Positions 24,631 to 38,100 of a stretch of 64,000 bases of DNA are shown here, in pieces. The position numbers and the translations under genes were made by a program. How positions within the stretch are numbered: the stretch's first letter is position 1; each line of letters begins with the position of its first letter. Source of the stretch: Phoronis australis (lineage: Eukaryota > Animalia > Phoronida); the NCBI GenBank assembly GCA_002633005.1, contig NMRA01000489.1, forward strand, positions 145,972-209,971. Direction: 5' to 3'. The notes under the pieces are model-generated. The model was not told the origin of the DNA and did no database searches. It worked only from the letters and a program-made list of their open reading frames with translations.

Positions 24631-27425
24631 ATAAAACAGCAAGAAAGTAGGGAAATGGTGAGTTTATTAATTAACCCCGGTAAATAACATTATACGGATG
24701 AAACAAGATTTAAATGTGTGCAGTTTTAGTGTGTTTGGGGGGNCGGTAATCAACATTATAAGACTGAAACAAGATTTTTAAGTGTGTGCAGTTTTAGTGT
24801 GTTTTGGGGAGGATCAGATCCAATTTCAAATGTCAAATTCGGAACAGACGTAACGAAACTATGGCTAAGTAGGCCCGCGATATCCCAGGCGACCGGCAGT
24901 GACGCTGCGCACTACGACTTCGTTTCCGTCGTCTGCTTCATTGTGCAATGAAAAAAATTACTTCATTTTTTTAAAGAAAATGGAATCTGAGTGACGATGA
25001 AAAAACAGAAGCTGCCGGTAAGATGTGAATTTTAATCGAAACCCTTGTGAATCATTCAGAAACTCATAATTCTCTCTTTGTCAAACTTTAACTGAAGACG
25101 ATTTCCAAAGCAATCGCGTCATTAATGCCAACACATAAAACGGATTTGGTCTTTTGGGCAATTGAAAACTATTTTAAATACAACAAATTTGTTACGAACT
25201 GATTGCACAAAATATCAAAAGTGTAATAAGCATTACAAAAAGAAGTAGGTTTCGCGCGCAAACGCTAAGCAAGTAGGTCTCTTATTACTAAGTTACGAGA
25301 GAAATCGTGGTGGTGCTGTGATAAAGCACGCGCTCTCTGTCCGCCAGGTGGTGATAACTGCAGTCTTTTTCATGTTTGACACGTTATCTGTGTCTTTTTT
25401 TCTTGGATAATACTTCAGGAATCAAGGAAAATGCTTGATTTTTAAAAAAAATTGCCCGTGTAGTCGAAAATTAGAGAAATTTAATTGTAAAGCATGAGCT
25501 TTTTCAGAACCAGTGATAACAATGCCCTGGATTTTAAATTAAAGAATACATTATTTATAATTAGTGAATGCAAAACTATGGTACCCCAAAATGTAAAATT
25601 CATACCCTCTAACATAGCGAGTAATGTCCTTAGGTCTACTAAAACTGATGCTTCCCTTTGTTGAAGTACGGGTACCAAAGTTAATCATTCTGACTGCCTA
25701 TCCCATTTTTCTGCAAGCGCATGGCATGCGCATTTTCGTATAGTTACGGAAATCGACTGATTCGTAGTCGATCTTTTCCACAATCAGTAAAATCTATATA
25801 TCATATCGGTGATGTCTCAAGGAATTCAGTTGCAGAGGGAGAATCTCTATCATCCGATCTCCAAGGTGACAAGATCAATTTTCGCCAACGTGAAACTTGA
25901 ATAACACTAAATTGGCATTTCTGATGCATTTTGACGTAGGTGAAAATCCGGCGGTCTGCTCTATATAACTCCTCTCCCCGTCAGTGGAGGGTGGTGCAGT
26001 CCCACCTAAACGACTCCAGTTTATTCGATTTTGGCCCGAGATCGATTGACAGCAGTTTTACACCCCGGCCGTCCATCCCCAATCGACATCCACCTGTATG
26101 CACCCATACACCAGTTATATATACCGGCAACAGCAGTTTTAGTTTTAGAATTCCGCCCCGCGGCACACCTCCCCGGTTTGGTCACTAGTTCAACAAGGCC
26201 ATGGGGAAGTATTTCGGAAATTGCAGGGCACAGACTGATTCAACATCGCCCGGGCCCAAATTAAACTAGTCAATTTCTTCCTTATCGCCTCCACTTCAAC
26301 CCATCCCCCTTATCACCAGTTGGCCGTACGTGGCACTGCATGATCACGGCGCATCACTTTTTAGACCTGAGGACGTTGCCCGGCAGGATTTTGACTTTTT
26401 TCGATATTTTTTTGGATTTCACAATTTAATTGTTTTACCAAAACACTCAGTGTATAGGGGTTTAAATTACTAACATAAGAAACGTCTACCGCGTGCTGTG
26501 AAATACAGAGAAATACAAAGAGAAACAACTCCACTATACGGCCATCTCGGAATGAGCGGGTGGAACTCAAAAGAGTATGTCGGAAACATGAAGTCATACC
26601 ATGACTGACTTCCAACTAGAATAAAATGAGTTATATAGGATCAAGTTTCGCTGAATACTATAAAGATATTAATTATATGAAAAATCATATTTTCGAATGA
26701 TTTTTTACTTTTAATGCCAGTCTACCTTTAAGTGGGTCGCGTAATCATGAGTTTTAAAGAAAATTGTCAAAAAGACTTTGGCTGCACGGTACATTCAACA
26801 AAACAACTCCATGTACGTGATAACCGGGAAAATGTCGCTTGATACTGAGCTAAGAAATCTCAAATACGCTGTTGCAGTTTTCTAAATTGTTATATTGTTC
26901 TTGTGTTATATAATTTTGATACAGCTTTACAATAATTAAAAAATGTTTTCTGAACCAGTTTGCTTTGGAAAGTCAGTAGGCCCTACAAAAGTGAGCTAGG
27001 CTGGACTTTTACCAAGCGTTGTATACATGAATACAAGAACATAATTCTTTCGATTTGCGGTCCGTAACTGTATCACTTCTTGTATTGTCCTTGAGATGAA
27101 ATAAAGAGTTAAAAACACGAGCACATTTTCAAGTGAGCGCAGCTAGATAAAAAACACATTGAATTTTTAAAGATTCTCTGACAGTGATTCATGCAGGGGC
27201 CATCCCAACAAAAAATCTGACCAGGGCCCTCGAAGGGTAAATACAGTACTGTTATGTAGTTGACAAATGTTCTCGGAAAGTTTCTCTCCTTTTTTCTCGA
27301 CTGTCAGCACAGCATAGATCCGAGTCGTCTAGTCAGGCAGGAACTTGGCAATGAGGACTCCTGTCAGCAGCTCAACAAGCGTTCCGAACTCCCTCAAGAG
27401 GCGCTGCGTACGACAGATGTCAAAC

Positions 27426-30400
27426 ATGGCTGCTCCCTTGAAGACGGTGACTCTGGAACTGTTTTATGATGTAGTTTCCCCATATTCATGGGTTGCTTTT
27501 GAAGTAAGTAGGTGTGAGGTATTTTTGAGGTTTTGGTTCGAGGCAATTATTTCTGTTTCCATGAAAAGCTGCCTAATTTCACTTGTAGACATGAACACTC
27601 AATTATCAGTCGGGAGATGTCGAGTTGAGTCCACACCGCCGCACACGGCGCACGGTAAGCCACGTCGTTACTCGTTAGCTGTACGCCTGTAGTGAAAAAA
27701 ATCACTTTGTTCCAAGTTTCGAACCCGGGATTTCTCGCTAAAAAGTCAAATGTCCTAACCAGTCGTCCCAAGAGCAATTACAACTAGGCAAGTGTTAAGA
27801 GAGACCTTTATATTACCGACAGTAAATCACTGCAGATTCACCATACTGCCATAATGCCAGTATGGCAGTATTACTGGCATACTGACTTTCCCATCGTCGA
27901 ATGACTAGGGGACACGCGGCCTGGTGCTCAACATCAGACTGGCCTCCTCTACATCCTATTCCTACTCAGTCTCAGGAGGTTGTATACTCCCTCTCTACCG
28001 TTGTGAGTAAGCACCATTGTTGGGCACCAGTATAGTGAGGAATCACGGTGTTCCAACTCCTAAATCTGGTATTCCTGGCTTTAAAGCCATGTAGGTGTCT
28101 TAATCCATTGACCAAAGGCATTTGTCCATTGGTGAACGAATAAGAGAGCCTTCATGTCACTATAATCACTTAGCTAGGGCTCGACGTTAATGACTGTCGG
28201 ATTGAGTGGCACAACAAAGAATTTGTACTAGTTTACATTTTTGTTCTGTAATTTCAGATTCTGACTCGTTATCGCAACAAGTGGAACCTTGATCTTCAGT
28301 TCAGACCATTTTTCTTGGGTGGTATTATGGAAGGGGCAAGTAAGATGTTGATTTTATCACAGGGAAAGTTTGAGACAATTATAGAACTTAGATTGCTTTG
28401 TGCAAACTATTTGCTGTTAAGATATGAGCACAACCCTAGAAATCACTTTATACCCAGGTTCTCATTCATTCTCTTGCATAGATTCGCCAGTAAGATGGAG
28501 CACAGAGGAGTAGAAGGCACCTTTGTGCAATGCTTGATTGTCTGCCAATAAACCCAGGATTCAAACCCAGGTCTTCCAAAGAGGAGTCCTTAGCTCAAAC
28601 AACTGAGCTACGAGTCTAGTGAATATGTAACCTATTAAGGTGGTGTTATTAATGAAATTAATCATAGATTGCCCGAAGATTAATTGTTTTGATATTTGAA
28701 CTGATTTTGTTAGCCCGAGGATGCTACGACGTGACTCAAAACAAACTTTAACTGTGCATCACTGGCTGACACAAAAACACAATCAACGTTTTGGTTAAAT
28801 ATACGTAGTGTGTGGATGAAACAAGCATGTAAAGAAGAGTGTTAGAATGAAAATAAGGAACTGAGAACCCACTGACAGCATTCAGATACACTATCAAACA
28901 AATGAATGTAGGTCTACGGTCAATCACCACCCACTATACCAACTTCATTGGAGTCTTTATACAAGGAATTAAGAGGTCATGTGAGAAATTTCCTGCATGT
29001 TTTAGAATTTCATGATTGTGAAGTTCATTGATAACAATAGAAATGTTTATAATATAAAAAAAAATAATTGCAGGCGGTCTGATACACGTTGTACCAGATG
29101 TGCGCAGGCCTCGCATGTGGACTCATTGCACTGTTCACCTGGAAATATTTTTATGCTTTATTAATATATGGTTAAAAAATAATAAATAAATAAATGTTAG
29201 CAAGAATCAATTAAACAATAAACTGAACATTTTGTGACATCAAATTGACATAGTTGATCATGTAAGTAGTAGTTTAAAGTGTGCAAGACTCAGTTATTAT
29301 TATTACACTTCCAAACTGCGGTTGTTCGCAAGACATCAGAATCTACCAATAGTTACAACTACCTGGGAAGTTGTTCATGATTGTTTGTGTGAAATTTTCC
29401 TGTACTTGTGATCTTACGTATGAATGTTCTGACAATTTAGGTAACAAGCCACCTGGTCTAGTACCCAACAAGTTCAAGTACATGGTCCAAGACTTGGAAA
29501 GGCTGTCCAACTACTGTAACATTCCCATACGCCAGCCTGAGGTATGTTTGTCAGACAGTAAAGGCTACCCAGGGGCCTAAAGACTCGCTTACTGTTTTCA
29601 TCTGGCTAAATGTCCAAGACATATAAATTGAAAATCTCTAAAATGATATAGTTTATGTTAAGCTGAACCTTGGAAATTTGGAGTAAGCGTAACACTAGAA
29701 ATGCCGAATTTAGGGAGGTAAAATTTACTATTAATTTATTTTGTTAAAACATTTCACAAAAAATAAAATTTTCTTTTCTGCCATATTGCGTTCTAAACTA
29801 AACATTTCCTGCTCTTGTTTTTTAGGATGTTGTCGAGGTGATGTTTGTAAAAGGTACGCTGGTCCCAATGAGGTTCATAACTGCTGTTGACATGGAAACG
29901 CCCAAATATACGGAGGAGTTGTCACGACAATTGTGGCTCAGAATATGGAGTAGAGTGAGTGAATATGGAGTAGAGTGAGTGAATATGGAGTAGAGTGAGT
30001 GAATATGGAGTAGAGTGAGTGAATTTGGAGTAGAGTGAGTGAATTTGATTATAACTTGTCGTTTTTTAATGGAAAATAGTTTATTTTTGTGTGTGACATT
30101 AAAAATTAAGTTTCATTTTGATATTGGATAATCATCGAATGTAATTTATGATTCAGTAATAAACACTAAAAAAGTAGGCCAACACAGTAATACTTGTGTG
30201 AGGCATGAGCGAATCCAAACTTATTTCTCATGGTAGATGAGGTGAATATGACTGGGGGTCTAAATGTGAATCAAGAGCTCGAGTAAGGGGTTACCGCAAA
30301 TTGGAGGGAGTAAAACATGTTTTTGTTATCCCAAATATTCTTGTTTGCAAAATCAACGCTTCATCAATGGAGGCTGAAATCAGGCGTGGCTATCGTCATC

Positions 30401-33400
30401 ATTAATCACCACCCGTACCTTACCCCCATTCAACATGCTGCAGCCTTGATTTAGCTTTCGTGGAGTCTTCGTCTCACTTTGGACATGCCTGTTTGCATAA
30501 ATTACGTGGTACGGAAACTAGCTTTCAACATAGTTAGGAGGCGATAATATCTGCCTGTGTTCACTGCATATATTGTTGCACACAACACTTACTGCCATTT
30601 GGGTGACAATGTGTGTCGATGTGGACGACATGTATTGAGGCACTCGGTGTATATTGTCTCCCAGACGACATTATGTGTCAAGTGTGACAATATGTTTCAC
30701 AATCCTTTCTGTGCCAATATTATTGACAGAGGACAAGTACAAATTTCTCACTAATTGCAATACATATATTGAACTTCGAAAAGAGCATATTGACACGTCT
30801 TGTATTGTTGTAAGTACCCTTTCATATTTAAATTCGTTCCACTGATATTATCAGAGCATATGGTACATCTTGTTAACCTCAACTACTTTGAATGTTTTGC
30901 CTTTCAGCTTTAGTAAAAACTTGTTCCGCACTTAAATATCGAAAATGTGTTTTTTGTTTAATGGGCCACAAGCCTTTGTTACAAAAATAGTGTCTATTTG
31001 GTGTATCTGGAGTCGATCGTAATTCTGGTGCGACGGGACGTTCGTATCTTTACACTTATTGTCTTTGTTGCGTCTCAGTGCGCCTTTGTTACGTGGGCAT
31101 GCGGGCGCGACTGTAGGTGTCGGGAACTTTGCTAGCGACAGGCTTAGGAGAAGGGTGTTTCCTTCCTTTTCCTTCATGAAAATTGATCGTTATCGTGTAA
31201 CTGAACTGAAACGTATGCCTGATGAGATGAAATACACATTTTTGATGTTCAGTGGAGACTTGCTCTGTTACACTGGGTTTTAGTAGAATCTGTCATTCAT
31301 TGTGACCATACTGTGATGTCTGTTAAATGCTTCTGTAGTCTTGAAGCAGTTCCAGACCCTTGAATCTATGCACACAGTATAAACAGTGGTCTGAAATTGT
31401 ACTGTGTTTGGTCAAAGGAAGATAAAGACTAAAATAAACTCATCATATCATGTGTTGTTTTTTGCAAAATGTTCATTTATTATAGTAGACAATAGGTGGA
31501 GCTAATGACATGCATTCAGGTGATTGGTTTATTGATGTTGTCTTTTACTTTTGGTAGAACGAAGACATCACAGAACCACAGAGCCTCCTGGAGGTAAGAA
31601 AGGTGTTGATGACGTTCTGGTTTTAGTCAAGAATTTGTCTTTTTACTCACAGATTTGCTTCTCAGTTTCTTGCGATTTCAGAAACTATAGATTTTCTAAA
31701 AGTTCTTACACTGACATGCCAAATTTAACAGTTGTTGTGAACAGAGCAGTTGCGGTTGACATTGCGTCACAACATGAAATGAGCTACTGATGGACACCCA
31801 TAGACAGTGTCGGAATTCAATTTTGGAACTTTTTATTTCTTTTATTTATTGTTAATCAACAACTGACAACCGTGTCTCAATTATGATGACTGCAAAACAA
31901 TTCATACAGTATGTCCTTAGTATGAGTTTCAATTCAATTGTTTCGTGCAATAGGCTCGACAATACGGCCCACGCATGTTTGATGCATTTCATGATTTTGC
32001 CAATTTAGGAGTACAACATTGATGACAAGTGAAATTATACTGTGTTCAAATTCTGTACCATAGCTGTGTTTCGATAAAATGTGCTCATACATAACAGTCT
32101 TTGGAAAATTAAAAAAGATCAATCTTGACAATTCAGGGGATTTCATCTACTGTGCTGGTGTCGTTTTTCAAATGCATTGTTGGCTCATAAACATCTGGCT
32201 TCATCACATTAACTTAGGAATATGTAACCTGATTTTTTTTAATATTTGCATTGTAGGTGAGACATAGTATCAGAATTTTCAAATGACGCGAGTGTGCGTT
32301 GAGAATCCTTCATACAAAAGAATTGCTATCTGTGTATTCCATTCAATGTATTTACAGTGTCACTTTAAATCTTTGTTTTTGTGATGGTTGCTTAGTCAAA
32401 CTTGCACCAAAAAGTATGTTACAGTGAACCTTTTTTCATTGTTGCTGCGTTCAAAATCACAAATTTTATTTTCTTTTATGTTGTTTACGTATCACCTAGT
32501 TATCTGTGATATCACCTGATGTTTATGTGCTGACAGCCTATCTGTAATGTCACCTGATTTTTCTGTGCTGACAACCTATCTGTAATTTCACCTGGTGTTT
32601 ATGTGCTGACAACCCATCTGTAATATCACCTGATGTGTATGTGCTGACAACTTATCTGTGATATCACCTGATGTTGATGTGCGGACAACCTATCTGTAAT
32701 ATCATCTGATGTTTTTGAGCTTACAACTTATCTGTATTTTCACCTGGTGTTGATGTACTGACAACCTATCTGTGATATCATCTGATGTTGATGTGCTGAC
32801 AACCTATCAGTGATATCACTTGATGTTGATGTGCTGACAACCATCTGTAATATCACCTGATGTTGATGTACTGACAGCCTATATTTGATATCACCTGCTG
32901 TCTATGTGCTGACAACCTATCTGTAATATCACTTGATGTTTATGTACTGACAACCTATCTGTAATATCCCCTGATGTTGATGTGCTGACAACCTATCTGT
33001 GATATCATTTGATGTTGTTGTGCTGATAACCTTCCGGCAATGTATCCGAAAAAATGACAGCAGCACTGTTGATGAAATAGCCAGAATTCTTATTGTCCGA
33101 AGTTGGTGAGATTTTACTGTATTGATAAAGTGAATGTATACACTTGCACATTAATTTGCAAAAACTCAGTGTTGGTGAATGTCTTGTACAAGTAGTGTCA
33201 CCTAGTGGTGGAGAGCCAGCGTCATTGCTGTGTTGAATTATGTTTACTGCAGGTGAATGTCTTGTACAAGTAGTGTCACCTAGTGGTGGAGAGCCAACGT
33301 CATTGCTGTGTTGAATTATCTTTACTTCAGGCAGCAAAGCGAGCTGGAATANTATGTGCTGACAACCTATCTGTAATATCACCTGATGTTTATGTACTGA

Positions 33401-35158
33401 CAACCTATCTGTAATATCCCCTGATGTTGATGTGCTGACAACCTATCTGTGATATCACTTGATGTTGTTGTGCTGATAACCTTCCGGCAATGTATCCGAA
33501 AAAATGACAGCAGCACTGTTGATGAAATACCCAGAATGCTTATTGTCCGAAGTTGGTGAGATTTTACTGTATTGGTAAAGTGAATGTATACACTTGCACA
33601 TTAATTTGCAAAAACTCAGTGTTTGTGAATGTCTTGTACAGGTAGTGTCACCTAGTGGTGGAGAGCCAGCGTCATTGCTGTGTTGAATTATGTTTACTGC
33701 AGCTGAATGTCTGTACAAGTAGTGTCACCTAGTGGTGGAGAGCCAACATCATTGCCGTGTTGAATTATGTTTACTGCAGGTGAATGTCTTGTACAAGTAG
33801 TGTCACCTAGTGGTGGAGAGCCAACGTCATTGCTGTGTTGAATTATCTTTACTTCAGGCAGCAAAGCGAGCTGGAATACCAGAGGCACAAGCTCAAAACT
33901 ATCTAAGTCGCGTTAGTGATCAGAATGTGAAGGACAGGTTAAAGGCGTATACTGCGAGGGCACTTGATAAAGGGGTCTGTACAAATACATGGTGTTAAGT
34001 CATGTTTTCCAATAAATTCTATGAAATGGGCAAACTATATGTTAAAGATTTACTCTCATGATTTTGGTTTTTTGACCGTTTGCCTTGCCTGCCTAAATAT
34101 AATGCTTTTGTAGACTGTCTTTCTGCATATGATGAAAAGTCATCTTGTGAAGGCTAAAAATGTGTATAAAAATCTTTATGTTTTCAAGGCTTTTGGAGCA
34201 CCAACAATTCTACTGCACAGCAATGGAGATGAAGAGTTGTTTTTTGGCTCGGATCGTTTCGATCTAGTAGCTCACATGATTGGTTAGTATATGATGTCCC
34301 TGGCAACATGCTGGCCATTTGTTGTATATTTTCAGCTCTTTCTCATCCAGTAATTCCTTTCTGTTTTGGGTGTAAAAGTAGGCAATGTGGTCTAGTGGGC
34401 AGGGATATTCCTGGAGTGCGCCTTTGCGCCATTAGCGCATAAAAAATAAAAAGGCACAAGTAGATTGCAGTAGTGCACCCCCCACCAGGAGTACATCTTT
34501 TAAACTGCAACACTTTTCCAAAAATGCAAGATTCTATTTAAGTTACTGCCAGTCGGGTAAAACATGACTCTGTTCTTATTTTGATTGCCTTTGAGGTTTC
34601 TGTTTCATATGTTACCGCTTTAATTACACTAAGTCTGCTGGGCACAACTCTTAGAAAAAAGCACACTTTTCATCATCAGGTGCGCCCAAAGGGCACAGAT
34701 TCAAACTTGGTCAGGAACATCCCTGAGTAGGTTGAGTGTGAGCGTCGTGTTCATAAGGTTTGAATCCTGCTGGACCCCGCTTGGGTAGCGCACCCTTGGG
34801 GGCTGGGAGGCCATAGCCCCCCACTTATTTCAGTGATTCCCCGCCCATGCCCCACTGCTAGACCCTTAAGGCTGGACTCTATCTCCTCAGCTCTGTCTTA
34901 ATTTGTGCATAAGTGTACATGTGTATATTGATAAATGAAAATGGTCTTAGGCATTGCGTGGGTGTGGCTTAGTGATCTTCGCATGTCTGATGCAAGTGTA
35001 TCAGACCACCTGCACTATATTTTAACAATGAGTTATCCTCTTTGAATAACAATGTCGGTTATTGCTTAGAAAGAGTCATTGACAGAAATGATTATTGTTT
35101 AGTTGTATTTGCAGGTAAGAAATATGAAGGTCCACTGCCTGTGGCGTCTAAAATCTGA
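27426..35158 (+). CDS. GSTK1: Glutathione S-transferase kappa (DsbA-like fold), 8 exons, 226 aa. Exons 27426-27503, 28258-28339, 29441-29541, 29826-29954, 31558-31593, 33858-33974, 34189-34282, 35115-35158
   Basis: Spliced product MAAPLKTVTLELFYDVVSPYSWVAFE-ILTRYRNKWNLDLQFRPFFLGGIMEGA-SNKPPGLVPNK...-DVVEVMFVKGTLVPMRFITAV...LWLRIWSR-NEDITEPQSLLE-AAKRAG...DKG-AFGAPT...LFFGSDRFDLVAHMI-GKKYEGPLPVASKI*. The FYDxxSPYS, GAFGxP and FGSDR kappa-class motifs are present; all introns are GT-AG with consistent phases. Confidence 0.96.
27630..27790 (-). mobile_element. Old tRNA-derived SINE remnant
   Basis: Minus-strand B-box-like GGGTTCGAAAC preceded by an A-box-like segment; a similar head lies at ~28550-28615. 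Confidence 0.5.
29057..29174 (-). mobile_element. SINE 3' fragment in GST kappa intron 2
   Basis: Near-identical to 835-950 and to the tail of 63385-63622. Confidence 0.8.
29941..30046 (+). repeat. 20-bp tandem repeat (x5) containing the exon 4 donor site
   Basis: Unit GAATATGGAGTAGA|GTGAGT repeated five times plus a partial unit. Confidence 0.95.
32490..33010. repeat. 38-bp minisatellite (~13-14 units) in GST kappa intron 5
   Basis: Unit GTGCTGACAACCTATCTGTAATATCACCTGATGTTGAT; further units at 33355-33480. Confidence 0.95.
33625..33857 (+). repeat. 78-bp tandem repeat (x3) ending at the exon 6 acceptor
   Basis: Unit GTGAATGTCTTGTACAAGTAGTGTCACCTAGTGGTGGAGAGCCA...TTGAATTATGTTTACTGCAG; also at 33175-33330 and, inverted, at 20720-20885. 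Confidence 0.93.
34400..34725. mobile_element. MITE nested in an old SINE in GST kappa intron 7
   Basis: TIRs CAGGGATATTCCTG...CAGGAACATCCCTG. Flanked by A-box-like TGGTCTAGTGG upstream and by B-box-like GGTTTGAATCC and tail GTGTATCAGACCACCTGCA downstream. Confidence 0.6.
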
Positions 35159-38100
35159 CCTTCAATAGCTGCCAAAGAGAAGACAACATCTGAGCTGACA
35201 CTTAGTGGAGACAGCTCAGCTGAGATTCTGAGAGGTGACAAGATGCAATAATTGGTAAAATCATGTGATGTGAAGCTTCAGAGCTTTATCTATTGTGACT
35301 GGTTCACATGTTGATTTACAATTCACAAGTCGGAATGCAAAGTGTGCTGTGTGATACATGCTCTGTTTAATGATTATCATTCTACTTTGATTTGGGCATG
35401 AGGCAACAATTATTCATTCAAGCAAGTGTGGTACATTGACAATTTAGTCTTAACAAGATTATCAAAGGTCCGAAACATCTTACATCAGTGGTTTTCCCCA
35501 CTGAGCCTGTTTTGTGCCCAGAATGGTATTTCTGATGTTATTGATTTAGTGCTGAACCTTTGTCCAATGGCAGTGCTTGGTGATATCGTTGATTAACTAG
35601 TATTAAGTAATGTCCATCTGAATTTTAGACAGGCTTCATCCATGACTGATTGCAGGTTGAAATTCGATTCCCATTCATCAGACTCTGTGTCAGGGGCTTC
35701 TATATGGCTTGTATGCACCTTGTTGTGAGAGTAGTTAAAGAAGCCCTTAAGTGTTCTGTATCCATGGTAATGACTGGGTTTTGGTGAACCAAAAATTTAT
35801 TGCGGTAATACTACCCGAAACTCAAAAACGTCAGTGAAGGGCAGTTTGCCACTAATGTTCTCCCCTAGTTAATAAATCTTGTCTTTATTTTGGTTTTGAT
35901 ACTCTATACATTATAGATCACTTGTTTATGAATTCAGATCGGTCATTTTGTTCAATAAACAACATAGTTAATGCCATTTGAAAGGCGAGTACATTTTAAT
36001 TTGTTATTATATATATATATATATATATCTGTTAAAGGTGATACCAGGAAACTGTGATAATGTGTATTGATTTAAGCTAAAATGGTTTGTTAATATGAGG
36101 CGGTAACCATGACTAATGTCTTCTGTGAAACTCAATCGAGGTTTTTGTTATACTGACAGACTTAGTCAACTCCATTGGTGGAGTAGCCAGACTGGCTGTT
36201 TTAATTATTAGAGGAGCATCTAGCAGTGAGAAATGAAATGCCTTGTGTGTGCCTTAGTGCGCATGCCTTGTTCCGACTTTTGTTACAAACACTCTCCAGG
36301 TGGGAGAGATATTTTTAGTTTCAGTTGTCATCAAGGTCTAAAATAAAATAATTAGTGCAAAAGAATTTTCTAACTTCCAAAAGGATGTTGTAAATACCTG
36401 TGAATGTACAACCTCCTCCCTCGCAGTCGACTCTATCGAGTTTCGCCTTTACGATCGCCCAGTTTCCACCAGTTTCACAGGCCTTCATCCCTAGTCTACA
36501 GCCGTTTTACCTCCAGTCAACACAAATTCTACCCCCTCCTGTTTTACCTCCACCTCCCTTTGGTTGCTTTAATAGGACCGTAAATATGGTTAGTAAGCAT
36601 TGTTGAGGAGATGAGCTCAGACTAATTCAATTTAGCTTACTTTTTTCAGCTTAGTCACAAATTCAGGTTCGCCACCTTTTCACCCCCCCTCCCCTTTATT
36701 GTCACCAATTTCTCCCCACCCCGCCATAAACTTGTACACGTTATTGTTTTAGGTTGAGGTATTGGGTCATCGCATGGCAACACATACGTTTTAAAAATTA
36801 AATACAAGTACCGTTCACAACGCGCCTTTTGAGTTCACTGCACGTTGTAAATTGGTTGCAAAACGCAGCATGTACTGATGTTACTGTATAAAATTTTTAG
36901 GCGATTCCCAAAGGCATGCACTCAGATACTTGACAGCAAGCGAGAGAGTGTGGGAGACGAGGCATCCCACGGGGGCTGGGGTCCCTCCTCAAGAAATTTT
37001 CATAAATAATTCGTGTTGAAGAGAATTCTGATTTATCCCAGATGTAGCCTGTTACGGTTTATGTTTCAAATTCGCTCTTCAAAAATTGTAGCAATCTTGT
37101 TTGCGATTGACGGTACTTTACTTTGAGCATGTCATCAAATCTCCACAATAGTCTTATGGAGGAGTTTTCATCAAAACAATAAATAACGATCTTCCGAAAA
37201 AATACTGCCCATCGGAAGTAGAGTCTTTGTGGTATTCATGGTGATCTTCAAGTTCTTCAAACTTCAATCCGCGGAAGACGGTTAATGCTATTGTTTCTTT
37301 TTTGGTCATCTCACATTTTTGGTTGTTAAAACCTCATCTTTTCATGTTGCCGTGCCTTACATATGAACATATTCTGTATTCTTCTTCTCCAATTTGAAAT
37401 TTGAAAAGCACCATACAATATGAAATGAAAAAGCTTTTTTCATCTACCCAACATATTCAAATATTGCCTGCTGCTATTCCCAAACCCCACTTTCTTTGTT
37501 CTCAAACCCAATTCGCTACACCATTTGTATTTTGTAGTAGAAATCATGAACTGATAATATAGTTATACTAGTACGGTTCAATTTTATCTATACATGTATG
37601 TTTTTCGGGATTTGATAATTGTGCTGTTTATGAGAATAATTTCGCTTTCTGGTAAAACGATTTTTATATGAACCTCTGGTGTAAATAAAGTACCTGGTTT
37701 ACAAGTTATCCATGCACTGTATTACAATGGGTTTATTTTGTAAAAACACAAAGTCCAAAATGTGTAGTCCTGCTGATGATGACTTACGTCAAACCCACTC
37801 AGCACCTAAGAACTTCGAAGTTATCAGCGCCCTATTTTGACCCATGTTTCTGTTGTAAAACCTGTCGTATTTTTTGTTATTTAAATCAATAGTTTCCTGG
37901 CTTTTGTTTAGTACAGATAAGTGGCAGAGAACACAAGAAAACTAATGACGTGCATATATACGAACAAATACTATGGCCTTAAATAGGTGCCCGGTATGGA
38001 ACGCGAAAGCTCCTCCAAATATCTTTTAAACAATTCCTGGCAAAAGTACCACGATCTGTCAACGTCTACTACAGAGTTGTTCACCTTTCCCTCTGAGGGA

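Noticed and set aside
32905-33352. Apparent duplication of the start of GST kappa exon 6 and upstream intron
   Set aside because: Ends exactly at an N and the same sequence restarts immediately after with few differences; most likely an uncollapsed allelic contig overlap.
33005-33888. Repetitive ORFs of 64-132 aa
   Set aside because: Products of the 78-bp repeat read on the antisense strand.
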